62,416 bases of DNA, taken from Rhodospirillales bacterium (GTDB lineage: Bacteria; Pseudomonadota; Alphaproteobacteria; Bin95). The stretch spans positions 1-62,416 of the forward strand of contig JAYQLI010000011.1 of NCBI GenBank assembly GCA_038143065.1. Direction: 5' to 3'. The position numbers and the translations under genes were made by a program. The first letter of the stretch is position 1. Each line of letters begins with the position of its first letter. The notes beneath the pieces are model-generated. The model was not told the origin of the DNA. It saw nothing but the letters and a program-made list of their open reading frames with translations, and ran no database searches. This document shows positions 1-11,939 of the stretch, in pieces.

Positions 1-865
1 CGTATTGCTGTCTTTATCGAAAGGTGCCTTTTGCTATGATAAACGGCGTAAATACCAGTGTCAAAATCGGTTGCCGTCGCATCATACGTATCGAGCACTG
101 CGACCAACCGACCAGAGGCTAGTTCATCTTTAATTGACCACCGCGGCAACAAGGCCAAACCCAAACCTGCAAATGTCGCCAACCGCAAGCTTTCAGCATT
201 GTTGGTTGTAAAATTACCCTTTGCTCTGATTTCTATGGGTGTTTCCGTTGGCCGTCTAAATCGCCAGATCGAGGGGAAGAGTTCGGAGAAATAAGTCAAG
301 CAGTTATGGTAGGGCAAATCATTGGGCGATCGTGGAGCAGCATGACGCTCTAGATAGGCAGGGCTTGCGCACACGACTCGCGGATTCGTTCCTATGCGAC
401 GCGCAATCAAAGAAGAATCCGTCAGCTCGCCTGTTCGAATAGCGATATCAATGGTGTGTTCCACAAGATCCAGATCCGAGTTACAAGCTTCAGCTCGACC
501 TTCAGGTCGGGATATCGTTGCAGAAATTCAGGGATCAAAGGTGCGACATGTTGTGTGCCCAAGGAAATACGCGATTGTACCCGAAGAGTTCCATAGGGGC
601 GTGCACTCAACTGACGCATTTCACCTCTCATTTCCTGGAGGTCTTGCAGCACTCTTTCAGCCCGGGAGAGATAAATCTGACCTGCTCCGGTCAGGGCGAG
701 ACGCCGACTGGTGCGATTGAGAAGGCGTACGCCGAGGTCATCCTCTAGGCTGGTGATTTGCCGCGAAACACTGGCTGGTGACAGTCCAAATCGCCGTCCT
801 GCAGCAGACATGCTCCCGGCTTGGGAAGAATAGATGAATAACTCCATAGCCTTGATTTTATCCAC
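1..865 (-). CDS. LysR-family transcriptional regulator (frameshifted; 3' end at or beyond window edge)
   Basis: ORF 422..865 has the LysR HTH (GSMSAAGRRFGLSPASVSRQITSLEDDLGVRLLNRTSR); the substrate-binding domain continues in another frame toward base 1. Confidence 0.9.
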
Positions 866-987
866 AACGCCGTCCCTATCTTTGCAAATTTCGAAAAGTA
901 GTTTATTATAATAATGTCGTGTTTTTCATTTGATACACAGATTATAGTCTCATGGAAATCAATTTACTAAGCCGTTGATGGAAAAAA

Positions 988-1739
988 ATGCGACTAAAGA
1001 AAAAAAGTGTCAATCATTACTGGGGCCGCTCATGGCCTTGGGGCCTCAACGGCTGAAATCTTTGCCGCTCAAGGGGCAAATGTCGTCGTTACCGATATTT
1101 CTGAAGCATCTGGCAAAGCGGTCGTTAGAAAAATCTTGATGCAGGTGGGCAGGCAGAGTTTAGGCCGTTAAACGTGGTGCAGGAAGCAGAATGGAAAGGG
1201 GTTATAGAAGAGGTTCAATTCAAATATGGTACGATTGACATTCTAGTAAATAACGCAGCTGTAAGCGGCAGCCACCCAGATCGCTTAAACTCTGAGACTT
1301 GGGATCAACAAATGGAAGTTTGTGCCCGTGGTTCATTCTTGGGAATGCAGGCGGTTATCCCGATAATGCAGATGGCAGGACAAGGTTCTATTGTCAATGT
1401 GTCATCTGTGTCAGGTTTGGTGGGTCTGCCTTGGATTCACATATGGGATATAACGCTGCAAAAGGGGCAATTCGCCTGGCCACCAAAGCCGCAGCGGTTC
1501 AGTTTACAGCAGATGGAGTGCGTGTCAATTCGGTGCATCCGGGAATGATGGCGCCGATGCAGACGGCCATGCTGAGTGGAGATCCAATCGCGCGAAAAGA
1601 ACGAATTGCCAAAGTGCCGATACAACGCGTGGCACGCCATGAAGAGGTGGCCTATGCGATACTGTTTCTTGCCAGCGATGAAGCGTCTTACATTTCGGGT
1701 GTTGAATTGCCTGTAGACGGTGGGTGGACGTGCCAATGA
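988..1739 (+). CDS. SDR-family oxidoreductase (frameshifted)
   Basis: IITGAAHGLG near 1015, DILVNNAA, YNAAKG and NSVHPG motifs across frames. Confidence 0.85.
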
Positions 1740-1789
1740 CATGGATATTACGCAGCGCAGTTTGATACGTAAAAAGAGGAACTAAGGAG

Positions 1790-2773
1790 ATGGTGGGAAG
1801 TCATGAAGCAAAGGACTGGGCTTTGGCCCATCTGAAGGCATTTTCACAAGCCCTTCAGCTCTCTCACAGAGGATTTCAAACTGGATGAAAACGGTCTGAT
1901 CTCCAATGCCCAAAGAGCGATCGATTGCGGGGCGCGTGGTGTGGGCTTTGGGTTTTTGGATGCTTGGGGATTTACCATCGCGCAGCGCAAACATGCAATG
2001 AAGTTGATAGCCGAAACGGTTCGAGGTCAAGGGTTGTGTACCTTTTACACAACCGATCACAGCATAGCAGAGACCCTTGCCCTCAGCACTTATGCCAAAG
2101 AGATTGGGGCGGATGCGATCTTTTTGTATGTTCCCTACGAATGGGCCTCTTCACAGGATATGATGTATGATTATGTTGCATATGTTGCAAAAACTGTGGA
2201 CATTCCGATCATCGTGTTCAACACACCTCATTCTGGGTTGACGTTGACACATCAAACAATGGCTCGGATCGCCAAAATTCCTAATGTCTGCGGATTTAAA
2301 AACGCAATCAAAGACCCACAGCATACCATAACAGCTTTTGACATGTTCGGCTCTGAGATGGTTGTGTCTTACCCTTTCGAAGATAGGCTGCTTGAGATGA
2401 CCATTCAGCATGGTCAACGAGCGTTGCTGGGCTCCACCAGCGTGTATTTGTTGCAAAGCCAGAGCGACAACCAATACGAGACTACCTTTCGTTTGCGCAG
2501 GCCGGTGACATTCAAATGGCAGAAAAGATCCAACGTGAATTAACTCCGCTAAGGGAGCTCTGGGCAGTATTTATAGTGTCCTGTGGAACGAGGAGAAAGC
2601 GTCTCACCCGGTGGGGCTGATTAAGCTTTGGATGGACATGATTGGCATGGCTGGGGGACCGTTGGCACCACCGATGCCACAGGTCGACGCAAACGTAAAA
2701 CTGGCCTTTCGTGAGAGGTTTGATGCCGCAGGATGGGAGCGCCTCTTATTTCCAGCCGCTTTGAAGCCAATAA
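1790..2773 (+). CDS. DapA/N-acetylneuraminate-lyase-family aldolase-like protein (frameshifted)
   Basis: AKEIGADAIF, IPIIVFNTP, KIPNVCGFKN (Schiff-base Lys), IKLWMDMIGMAGGPLAPP; RBS aaggag before ATG 1790; 3' end approximate. Confidence 0.75.
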
Positions 2774-2793
2774 ATTTGAATTGGGGATTAATC

Positions 2794-3546
2794 ATGTTGT
2801 TAAATGATAAAGCTGTAGTCGTAACGGGAGCCGCTGGTGGCATCGGGCGGGCAATTGCAGAGGAAGCCAAACGAGCTGGGGCGCGGCTAGCTTTAGTTGA
2901 TGTAGATGTAGAACAATTGCGTAAGACAGTAGCAAGTTTGAAAGATGGTGGGACTGAGGTTTTGCCTTATGGCCTAGATTTGAAGGATAGCGCTCTTTGG
3001 CAAAATACCATTGACGAAATTGCTAGCCACTTTGGTGGCATCGATGTGTTGGTCAACAATGCGATTTCGGTGAAATATGAACCCATGTCAGATGTGAATT
3101 TGCAGTCCTACAGACATCAGATGACGATCGGTCTGGATGCGGTGTTTTGGGGGATCCAGGCCGCCACGCCATATCTGGCCAAATCCGGGCATGGAAGCAT
3201 CATAAATATGACTTCACCCGCCTCGATCCACGGCATTCCCAATGGGTCCGTATATGCGGCAATCAAGGGTGCTATTTCGGCGCTCACTCGGCAGTGCGCT
3301 GTTGAATTGGGTGAAAAAGGCATCCGGGTCAATGCCGTAGCTCCAGGGCCTATTCCTACGCCAGGCACGAGACGAATTGTGGATGAAGCCGGATGGCAAA
3401 AACGTCTTGTCCGCAGTCCTTTGGGGCGATTATCCACCCCAGAAGGGGTTGCACGCACTGTGGTATTTTTGGCGTCGGATGCGGCGGATTGCATCAACGG
3501 AGATGTGGTTTTTGTCGATGGAGGACGCTCAATTTCGGCGCTCTAA
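2794..3546 (+). CDS. SDR-family oxidoreductase
   Basis: VVTGAAGGIG, DVLVNNA, YAAIKG, VNAVAPG; true start at 2794 inside ORF 2611..3546. Confidence 0.9.
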   Translation: MLLNDKAVVVTGAAGGIGRAIAEEAKRAGARLALVDVDVEQLRKTVASLKDGGTEVLPYGLDLKDSALWQNTIDEIASHFGGIDVLVNNAISVKYEPMSDVNLQSYRHQMTIGLDAVFWGIQAATPYLAKSGHGSIINMTSPASIHGIPNGSVYAAIKGAISALTRQCAVELGEKGIRVNAVAPGPIPTPGTRRIVDEAGWQKRLVRSPLGRLSTPEGVARTVVFLASDAADCINGDVVFVDGGRSISAL

Positions 3547-3578
3547 ATGGACTATTATGAACTGGAGAGAACACAGAT

Positions 3579-4442
3579 ATGCGGGTAGATATTAATTTTT
3601 GCACCCTAGATGGAATCCGCCTTTCCGCATTTATGTATCTGCCAGAGATGACAGAGGGGCCATTTCCGGCCATAGTAATGAGCCATGGTTATGGTGCGGT
3701 CAAGGAAATGGCCCTTGACCAATATGCCGAGTCTTTTTGCAAAGCTGGCTTTGTTTGTCTGCTATACGATCACCGCAACACCGGTGCAAGCGAAGGCACG
3801 CCTAGGGGGGAAATCGACCCTTGGCAACAAATCTCAGATATGAAGGATGCGATTACATTTCTTTGTGCTCGGGATGAGATCGATCATGAGCGCATTGGAC
3901 TTTGGGGAACCAGTTTTTCAGGCGGTCACTGCCTAGTGGTTGCTGCTACTGATCGCCGAGTGAAATGCGTTGTGTCCGTCGTACCGACAATTAGCGGTCG
4001 GCAGAATACCCAACGCGCTCGATCTTCGGCGGATTACCGGCAGTTTCTAGAGGATTTAAATGCAGAACGTGTCTTACGCTATCAGAGAAAAACACCACGC
4101 ATGGTTCCAATCTCTAAGCCCGGGGATGAGAGTTATGAATGGAGTAAAGTGGCGGGTGCGGGCACCACATATGTTAATGCTTGTACATTTCTGAGCCTCG
4201 GGTTGCGGGACTCTTATGAGCCAGGGCATTACATCGGGGCGATTTCTCCGACCCCTTTGTTGTTGATTGTTGCCGACAATGATACCAAGTGTCTGACGGA
4301 CGTGCAGCTTGCAGCCTATTCTAATGCGCATGAACCCAAAGCGCTGCGATTGATTCCGGGAGGTCATTACGATCCATACACAATTCAATTCGAAACCGTT
4401 TGCTCAGCGTCCCGTGATTGGTTGGTTTCGTGGCTCACGTGA
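3579..4442 (+). CDS. Alpha/beta-fold hydrolase (S15/FrsA-like)
   Basis: MSHGY oxyanion motif, GTSFSGG nucleophile elbow, C-terminal GGHYD. Confidence 0.85.
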   Translation: MRVDINFCTLDGIRLSAFMYLPEMTEGPFPAIVMSHGYGAVKEMALDQYAESFCKAGFVCLLYDHRNTGASEGTPRGEIDPWQQISDMKDAITFLCARDEIDHERIGLWGTSFSGGHCLVVAATDRRVKCVVSVVPTISGRQNTQRARSSADYRQFLEDLNAERVLRYQRKTPRMVPISKPGDESYEWSKVAGAGTTYVNACTFLSLGLRDSYEPGHYIGAISPTPLLLIVADNDTKCLTDVQLAAYSNAHEPKALRLIPGGHYDPYTIQFETVCSASRDWLVSWLT

Positions 4443-4470
4443 TCAGGCTATTGCCTCGAAAAGCTGAGGT

Positions 4471-5195
4471 TTAAGTTGATTTGGTCACAGACAACTCGGT
4501 CAATTTCAACGCGACCTTGCGCATCGCAGGGAGGTAGCGCTCCGGTTCAAACCGCGATGATGGGCAGGTGGTCGATAAAGAGCCTAGGCAATGGCCATTT
4601 ACGTCCAGAACCGGTATCGCGACGGCTGAAATTCCTGGGAGCGTCTCTCCACCTCCGCCGACAGAAAGCTGCTCGTTGCGTATTTTGGCGATGTCTTGGG
4701 GCGAGGGAAGGTTGTATCCAGAAGTTCGTGCGCGATCAAAAAGATCCGCAGGGCCGAAGGCAAGCCAGATCGAGCCTGAAGCGCTGTCTTTATAGGACAA
4801 CTCAGCTCCTACTTGCAGATCGGCCCGCAAGATGCTCTTAGATTCAGCGCGCAAAGCGATCACGAGCTTTTCTTGGTCCAGCAAGACCAGAGAAATTGCT
4901 TCTCCTAATTCAATGGCCAGTTCATCCAAAATCAACTGCGCTCTATTGTCAAAGCCAGCCTGCCTTATTGCGGCTGCACCGATTTGGTTCGCTTTGACAG
5001 TAAGGCGGAAACTACCGTCTGGTAAGCGTTCAAGCCAGCCTGCCTCTGTGAGTGTGAATAGGCGCTGATAGGTGGTGGCCCGAGATCGCCGATCAATTTA
5101 GCCATTTCCGAAATTCGGACAGAGCTCGACATTTCGGATATTTTATCTATTAGATTCAAACATTTAAGTGCAGTTGTAAGTGATCTGACCTGCAT
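4471..5195 (-). CDS. IclR-family transcriptional regulator (frameshifted)
   Basis: N-terminal VRSLTTALKCLNLI HTH; C-terminal ETLPGISAVAIPV...GSLSTTCP. Confidence 0.85.
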
Positions 5196-5212
5196 AGAAG
5201 CTCCATCTAAAT

Positions 5213-5251
5213 TGTATTCTTAAAAAATACATTGACGTTTATAAAAATACA
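5213..5251. promoter_or_regulatory. Putative IclR operator overlapping a -35 box (copy 1)
   Basis: TGTATTC-N5-AAATACATTGAC-N8-AAATACA; identical spacing to 10637..10675. Confidence 0.7.
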
Positions 5252-5385
5252 AGTGAAAAATTAGAAAGGATTGTAAATTGTCGATCTTTTTAATGAAACC
5301 CGCGGTAGCAAGTTATGTACGGACTTGAAATCTGACGAACCAAACGCCGCATACAGCACTTTTTGCCAGTTCGGGAGGAGAACTC

Positions 5386-6545
5386 ATGCAGAAACAAAGA
5401 ACAACTATAACCATGGTTGCACTTATTGCGGCAACCACCACCGCGTTTGCCGTGACCGCCAGCGCGCAAGAGTCCTTGAACTTTGCATATGGCACCCCGG
5501 CTGACTCTGGCGTCGGCCGGGCTGTGGACGGCTATATTTCCGCTGTCAAGGAACGTACTGGTGGGGATATTGATGTAACTGGGTTCCCAATGACTTTGCT
5601 CACGCAGGCTGAAGCCAGTCCCGGGTTGCGCGACGGTATTGCGGATGTAGGTTTGGTTATTACCGGATATTATCCAGCTGAATACAGTACCAATCTGTTC
5701 CTGCACGAGCTGAACACTATGGTCAATTTGCCTACAAATCCAAATGGCAAAGAAGCCTTGGCATTCAGCGGCGCAATGTTGGAATACACCTTCATGAACT
5801 GCCCTGAGTGTATGGTCGAATTCACCGCCCAAAACCAGGTTTATACAGGCGGTGGTGTTACGCCGCTGTATAACCTGCTGTGCAAAGATGTGAAGATCAC
5901 TTCGCTGAAAGAGCTTAAGGGAAAAAGGTTGCGGGCTGGCGGAGCTGGCTTTGTGCGGTTCGCCGAACATTTTGGCGCTACCGGCGTGAAATTACCACTT
6001 AGCGAGACTTATGAAGCACTCGATCAGGGGATACTGGAATGTGCCATGCTTAGTGCACCTGAGCTTGACAATTTCAGCCTCCATGAAGTTGTGACAGATG
6101 TTACTCTAGGAGTGCCCGGCGGAGCCTATGCGGCCATCGCTTCAGCAAATGTTAATAAGGACCGTTGGCTGTCATTGTCCAATGAACAGCGCGAAGCGCT
6201 GCTTTGGGGCGGTACTAAAATGACAGCGGGAATTACCTGGGGCTTCTACGCAGATGACGCAGGTGCCATCCAGAATGCCAAGGATAAGGGGATCAAATTT
6301 CACCAGCCTGATGCCGAGTTGAGTGCTGCGGTAAAGGACTTTGTACGTCAAGATTTAGAAACCGTTTCCAGCCTGTTCAAAGAAAAATATACGGTACAGC
6401 GTGCGGATGAAATCGCAGCGGAATTCTCAGAACTTCTGAAAAATGGTATTCGCTAACCGCAGATATTGGAAGCGAGGAAGAGCTTCATAACCTGTATTGG
6501 GATCAAGTTGTATCCAAAATTGATCCGGTTACATACATGCAGTAA
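5386..6545 (+). CDS. dctP: TRAP transporter substrate-binding protein (DctP-like)
   Basis: Signal peptide, LKELKGKRLR, ETYEALDQGILE; C-terminal frameshift. Confidence 0.85.
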
Positions 6546-6599
6546 ACGAATTATTAATAGCACCGTGCGGCTCTTTGCTGCACGGTGTTACAATTAATC

Positions 6600-7169
6600 T
6601 ACATTTAACTTGGGAAAGTTTCGTTGGAAGTAGTGGGTAAATCAATTTTCGGTTCGTTTCTTGGGTAACGGCGTTGAATTGTATTCTTCTGATGTGCCTT
6701 GTTGCGCATGTCACACTGGATGTGGTGATGCGTTATGTCTTTAACATGCCCCTTCATTCCACTATTCTTTTTGTGTCGGTTTACTATATGGTCGCGATTG
6801 CCTTTTTGCCCTTGCAGTGATCGAAGAAAAAATGACCATATAGCGGTTGAGCTACTGACCAAGCGCTTTCCAGACAACATACAAAAACTTTTGTTGGTTA
6901 TTTCAACTATTTTGACTTCTATAGTAACCGCTTTGGTGGCTGCTCGCACTGGGCAGGAAGCACTAACTCAATATAATAATGGGGCGTTTTCCATGGAAGC
7001 CGGACGCAAAGTATTAATTTGGCCTTCCTATTTCTTTTTGCCAATTGGTTTTGCCATGATTTCAGTGGTCGCGGCCTGGAAGGCTATCGCTATTTTGACC
7101 GGAAAGAAAAGTGGTCTTAGTACATTGTCTATTGAAGGTTCCTATATTCCGAAGGATCTAACAAAATGA
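6600..7169 (+). CDS. dctQ: TRAP transporter small permease (frameshifted; start approximate)
   Basis: HIAVELL motif, IWPSYFFLPIGF, position between dctP and dctM. Confidence 0.8.
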
Positions 7170-8476
7170 CAGAGTTGCAGATTTCAGGCCTGTTTATCGT
7201 TGTTTTGCTGAGTTTGATCTTAATCCGAATACCGGTTGGAATAGCTCTGATTTCTGTCTCCTTCGGCGGCTTGTGGCTAATGTTTAATTGGAACATTGCC
7301 TGGGGATCATTGGGCGTTGTCCCCTATAATTTTGCCAGCAGTTGGGTGCTTAGTTCCATACCTGCATTCTTGTTTATGGGGTTTATCTGCTACCACGCAC
7401 GCCTCACCCAGGGTCTGTTCAACGCTGCCCAGACGTGGCTTTCCTGATTGCCAGGTGGCCTGGCGATCGCATCTGTGTTTGGATGTGCTGGTTTTGCAGC
7501 TGTGACAGGCTCATCGATTGCCTGCTCTGCAGCAATGGGTAAAATTGCTGTACCAGAGATGGTCCGCAATCGTTACAGCCCAGAATTAGCCTGTGGCAGC
7601 GTTGCGGCTGCAGGCACCATCGGCGCTTTGATTCCGCCTTCAATCCTGATGATCCTTTTTGGCATTATCTCGCGCCAGTCTGTGAGCCAGCTTTTTCTTG
7701 GAGGCATTGTTGTCGGCCTTATCACCCTGTTTGCATATATTTTTGTGATTTACGTGCGCGTAAAGCTGAATCCAGATTTGGCGCCACCCGTAAAGATCAC
7801 AGCAAGCCGGATCGATAAGATTGCGGCCCTGAAACACACTTGGCCTATTCTAATAATTATCATCGGTGTTTTTGCAGGTCTGTTCGGTGGCGCCTTCACC
7901 CCGACAGAGGCCGGAGCAATCGGGGCTATGTTATCTATCGTGGTGGCAATCATTCATGGGACATTGACATTTAGCGCCCTGCGCATGGCTGCAATTGAGA
8001 CTATTACCACTACATCATCTCTGCTGATCATTGCCGTTGGAGCCAGCTTACTTACACGTTTTCTGGCCCTGTCGGGTATTGGAGATGTGATCTCCTCAAC
8101 AATTTTGTCCTTTGGTGCGTCCCCTTTGCTCATCATAATTGGCATTGTACTGGTCTATCTTGTGCTGGGGATGATGTTGGAACCTGTTGGTGCGATGCTT
8201 CTGACCTTGCCCATTGTGCTGCCCCTAGTTGCCGAAAGCGGTTATAGCCTGCTATGGTTTGGGGTCGTTCTGGTCAAATTGCTGGAGATCGGAATGATCA
8301 CACCACCAATGGGAATGAACGTGTTCGTTATCAAAGGGGTTGTTGGGAATATCGCGTCCCTTTCCGAAGTGTTCCGTGGAGTGTTCTGGTTCTTCGCGAT
8401 TGATTTGGTAATTGTTGCTTTGTTGATTGCCTATCCAAACATAGTAGTTTTTTTACCGAATTTGGTTGCGGGATAG
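7166..8476 (+). CDS. dctM: TRAP transporter large permease (in-frame TGA at 7445)
   Basis: LPGGLAIAS, GTIGALIPPS, FTPTEAGAIGA, IGMITPPMGMN. Confidence 0.9.
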
Positions 8477-8500
8477 CACATTCAGAAGGTTATCTCAGCT

Positions 8501-9273
8501 CTACATTTCATAGCCGCGGCGCGAAAAACTTGAGATAGTCCAGCCGCCATCCACAACCAACGTGTGACCATTGATATAACTAGCTTGGTCAGAGGCCAAA
8601 AAAAATACGGCATTTGCAATATCTTCGGGTCGGCCAAGGCGCGGGAAAGGAATAGGGTCGACGTTAAACGCGACAAATCGAGGGTCGCCGGAAATTCGGT
8701 CAGCGGTCAGGGGAGTTTCGATCTGTCCTGGTGCAATCGCGTTAACCCGGATGCCCCTTGGGCGATAATCCGTTGCCAATTGCCGCGTCATTCCAAGGAC
8801 AGCCGACTTTGACGCCACATAAGAAAACGCGCCCGTAAGACCAACGATGGCGGCAATTGAAGCGATGTTAACAATTGTGCCTCTGCCTGGGGAAGAACCG
8901 TCAATGCTTCGCGGGACATGCGAAAAACCGATGTCTGGTTGACTGCAATAAACCGGTCCCAATCCTCGTCCGAAGTGTCTGCGGCAGTTTGGGCGCGGCC
9001 TATGCCGGCATTGTTCACCAAACAGTCCAAGCGTCCGAATGTTTCCATAGTAGTTTCGATCGCTTGTAACGGTGCTGTTTTGTCGGTGATATTCAGATGT
9101 AATCCATTAAACGCGCCGGGGTAATTGTTGCAAAGCGACTTGGTTTCGGCAAGCTGCTCTGTGTTCAGATCGACGCCCAAAACGGACCAACCTTCCTTGC
9201 AGTATTTTAACGCAGTCGCTCGACCAATTCCTGATGCGGCCCCTGTGACCAATGCGCATGGTTGATCCTTCAT
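8501..9273 (-). CDS. SDR-family oxidoreductase (frameshifted)
   Basis: VTGAASGIG, LVNNAG, YVASKS, VNAIAPG. Confidence 0.9.
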
Positions 9274-9345
9274 AGTTGTTCCTTTCTAAATCGTCTTCTG
9301 GTGTGCCCCAACTGTAAAGATGCGCTTCCTAATGGGCGCAGAAAG

Positions 9346-10368
9346 TCATGTGAGCCTGTAAACCCGATGCGCCGTGTCATGAAACAAGGCAGTTTTTTCA
9401 TCTGCACTGTACGCTGCTGTCAGGCGTTTAAACGAATTCCAGAGCACATTGTAACTGCATGTCACCATATCAGGAGGAAAGATCGAATCGAACATGCAGC
9501 GCGCAACCCCGAAGTGTTCGATTGTATGTTCATAGTAGCGCCGCGTTTTTTGCATGAGTTCCTCGCTTGTCGGAGGGCGGTCCCTCAGATGCCAGCCAAA
9601 GCCGTTCATTTCAAGATTAAATCCACCCAATTTAGCAACAACATTAGGGCAGGTTGCGAGCTCTGCGATCAACTCTTCCCAATGGGGGAAAATCTCATCT
9701 TGCTTTCCTGCATAAGGCCCTTGTCCCAATGGTCCGCCAAAATGGTTCAAAATGATGGTCGTGTCCGGAAAAGCCCGAGCGAGATCAATTATTTGGTTTA
9801 GCTGTGTGTGATAACACCAGGCCTCAAAGCTGAGACCCAGAGGCGCGAGGCAGGCAAAGCCCTTTCGAAACTTTGGATCCCGACTCAGGACCTTGCTGGA
9901 GCAGTTTCGGCCTCGATGAATATCGGGACTATCATCATAATTTAGCTGATGTCGGATCCCACGAAATCGTCCTCCCCGCGCGCAAGTGGGACTCCAGAAC
10001 CGGTTGCACAGCATTCCCAAGCCTAAGATCTACAGCACCGACTATCCCGGCAGCAACTCTGGTTTTGCCATACAGCCCCGAAGCGCTCATGGCGGCAATG
10101 CCATTGGCGAATTCCGTCTCTCCAATGGGTTTCATTTCCTCTGGCCCGGAAGCGCGATACATCGATCCGCATTCCACAAACACGGTAGAAACAACATTAT
10201 GTCCGCAGGTGACGTCTGTCAGCAGTTCTTCAAAAGGTAGCGGTGGGCAACACATACTTCCCGAAATTCCCATAAATGATGGTGTGGATCACAAATTCGT
10301 AGCTCTGGATCAATGGTATCTTCCCTTAATCGATCCAACCATTCTTTGTTCGTGGGGTTCAAGATCAT
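9346..10368 (-). CDS. Amidohydrolase-superfamily protein (lactonase-like, Amidohydro_2; frameshifted)
   Basis: ICDPHHHLW near the N-terminus, ILNHFGGP, NVVAKLGG, RCMF-S-FP. Confidence 0.85.
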
Positions 10369-10636
10369 AGATTATCCTTTGTGAGATTTAACGATGTCTC
10401 TACGCACTGAAAACAGGCTTATAGTAACGATCAAAAATTGGTGCATTTCAGCCAATTGGTCGTTCTAACTGGGCAATTCATCGGCAGCAGAATGCCAAGA
10501 GTGGCATTGTAACCTTTCTAGCGTCCTTGATCCTGATTTGTCTAACAGTACTAACCTAGGATCGGTTCTGAGAAGAGATATTTTTGCGTAGCTGCTTTGC
10601 AAATGACGTAAAGATTAAAGGATTCACTCAGTATAG

Positions 10637-10675
10637 TGTATTCACAACAAATACATTGACTTCCTTATAAATACA
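10637..10675. promoter_or_regulatory. Putative IclR operator overlapping a -35 box (copy 2)
   Basis: TGTATTC-N5-AAATACATTGAC-N8-AAATACA just upstream of the CoA-transferase operon. Confidence 0.7.
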
Positions 10676-10716
10676 GTGGCAGATTTTGAGGCAGAGTAAG
10701 AAAAAGGAATATTATA

Positions 10717-11939
10717 GTGCGGATGGACACTTCAAAAGGTAGCCCACTGCAAGGGTTGATACAAATTGATGTGGGTAAGGGTTTTGATCTGCTGGACGGG
10801 GTCCGCGTTCTGGATCTGACCACATCGATCGCCGGGCCCTATGCTACGATGCTACTGTCTGATTTCGGTGCTGAAGTGATCAAGATCGAACGGCCCGAGG
10901 GGGATGATGCACGTCACTGGGGCCCTCCTTCCTAGATGGCGTGGGCCTGTGGTTTTTGTCTGTAAACCGCAATAAAAAGAGCGTGGTTCTGGATCTGACC
11001 ACCCAGGAGGGGCGCGATAATCTGTTTGCGCTGGTAAGAACTTCAGATGTTGTCGTCAGTAACCAACCTGTGTCGGTTCAGCAGAAACTTCGTGTGACTA
11101 TGGAGGATTTTCGGAGGGTCAACCCAAATATAATCATGACTTCGATCACAGGGTTTGGATTGTCTGGAGCTCGCGCGGATCTGACATGCTACGATCTTAT
11201 TGCCGAAGGGTATTCCGGCATAATGGATGTTACTGGCGCTGCTGAGAGCGATCCGCAAAAGGTGGGCGCACCAGCTGCAGACATGTTGGCGGGACAAGAT
11301 GCGGCCATGGCGACCCTGGCTGCTCTTTTCGATCGGAACCGTAAGGGCCGCGGACATCAGATTGACGTTGCTCTGGCCGAAAGCATGACGCGCTTTCTGA
11401 CGTGTAGAATTTCCTCTTACATGGGGTCTGGTGAGGTTCCAAAACGTTCCGGTGGAACCGATAGCGTCATAGCTATTTACCAAGCATTTGAAACAGCGGA
11501 TTTTCCAATCACACTTGGTATTGGAACCGATGCGATTTGGAGAAGATTTTGGACCGCAATGGCTCAGCCGGAATATGCTCTCGATCCGGCCTATGGCTCA
11601 AATGTAAAGCGGCGTGCCAACAGGCGGCAAATAATATCGGATATTCAAAAGCTTTTAAGGTGTCAAAGCCGCGAGCATTGGCTCGCTGTATTTGCCGCTG
11701 CACGTATACCTGCCGGGCCCATCAACAGCGTTGATCAAGTAGTTGCAGATATCGATTTTCAAGAACGCGGAATGATAGCTGCACTCCATGAAGACGGGCG
11801 CGTCACACCCCATGTGGGACTGGGAATACAAATTGATCAGACCTGCGCCACGCCCCGGTCAACCGCACCTCATCTGGGTGCTGATACTGAGGCCGTGCTG
11901 GCCCATGTGAGGACATTTGTTTCTGGAGACTATTCATGA
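10717..11939 (+). CDS. CaiB/BaiF (family III) CoA-transferase (frameshifted)
   Basis: [47 protein letters not shown]. Confidence 0.9.

Noticed and set aside
2611-3546. Apparent DapA-SDR fusion ORF
   Set aside because: Lost stop from a frameshift; the SDR has its own ATG at 2794
5290-5970. Long antisense ORFs (also 17106..17681, 28486..29097, 47615..48157)
   Set aside because: Shadows of well-supported genes on the opposite strand with no motifs of their own
7445-7447. In-frame TGA in dctM as selenocysteine or readthrough
   Set aside because: Position corresponds to the usual (R/G)LPGGLA loop; a single base error is likelier and no SECIS-like hairpin was evident
880-10615. CTTTGCAAAT at both ~880 and ~10596 as a shared LysR site
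   Set aside because: Match is too short to distinguish from chance
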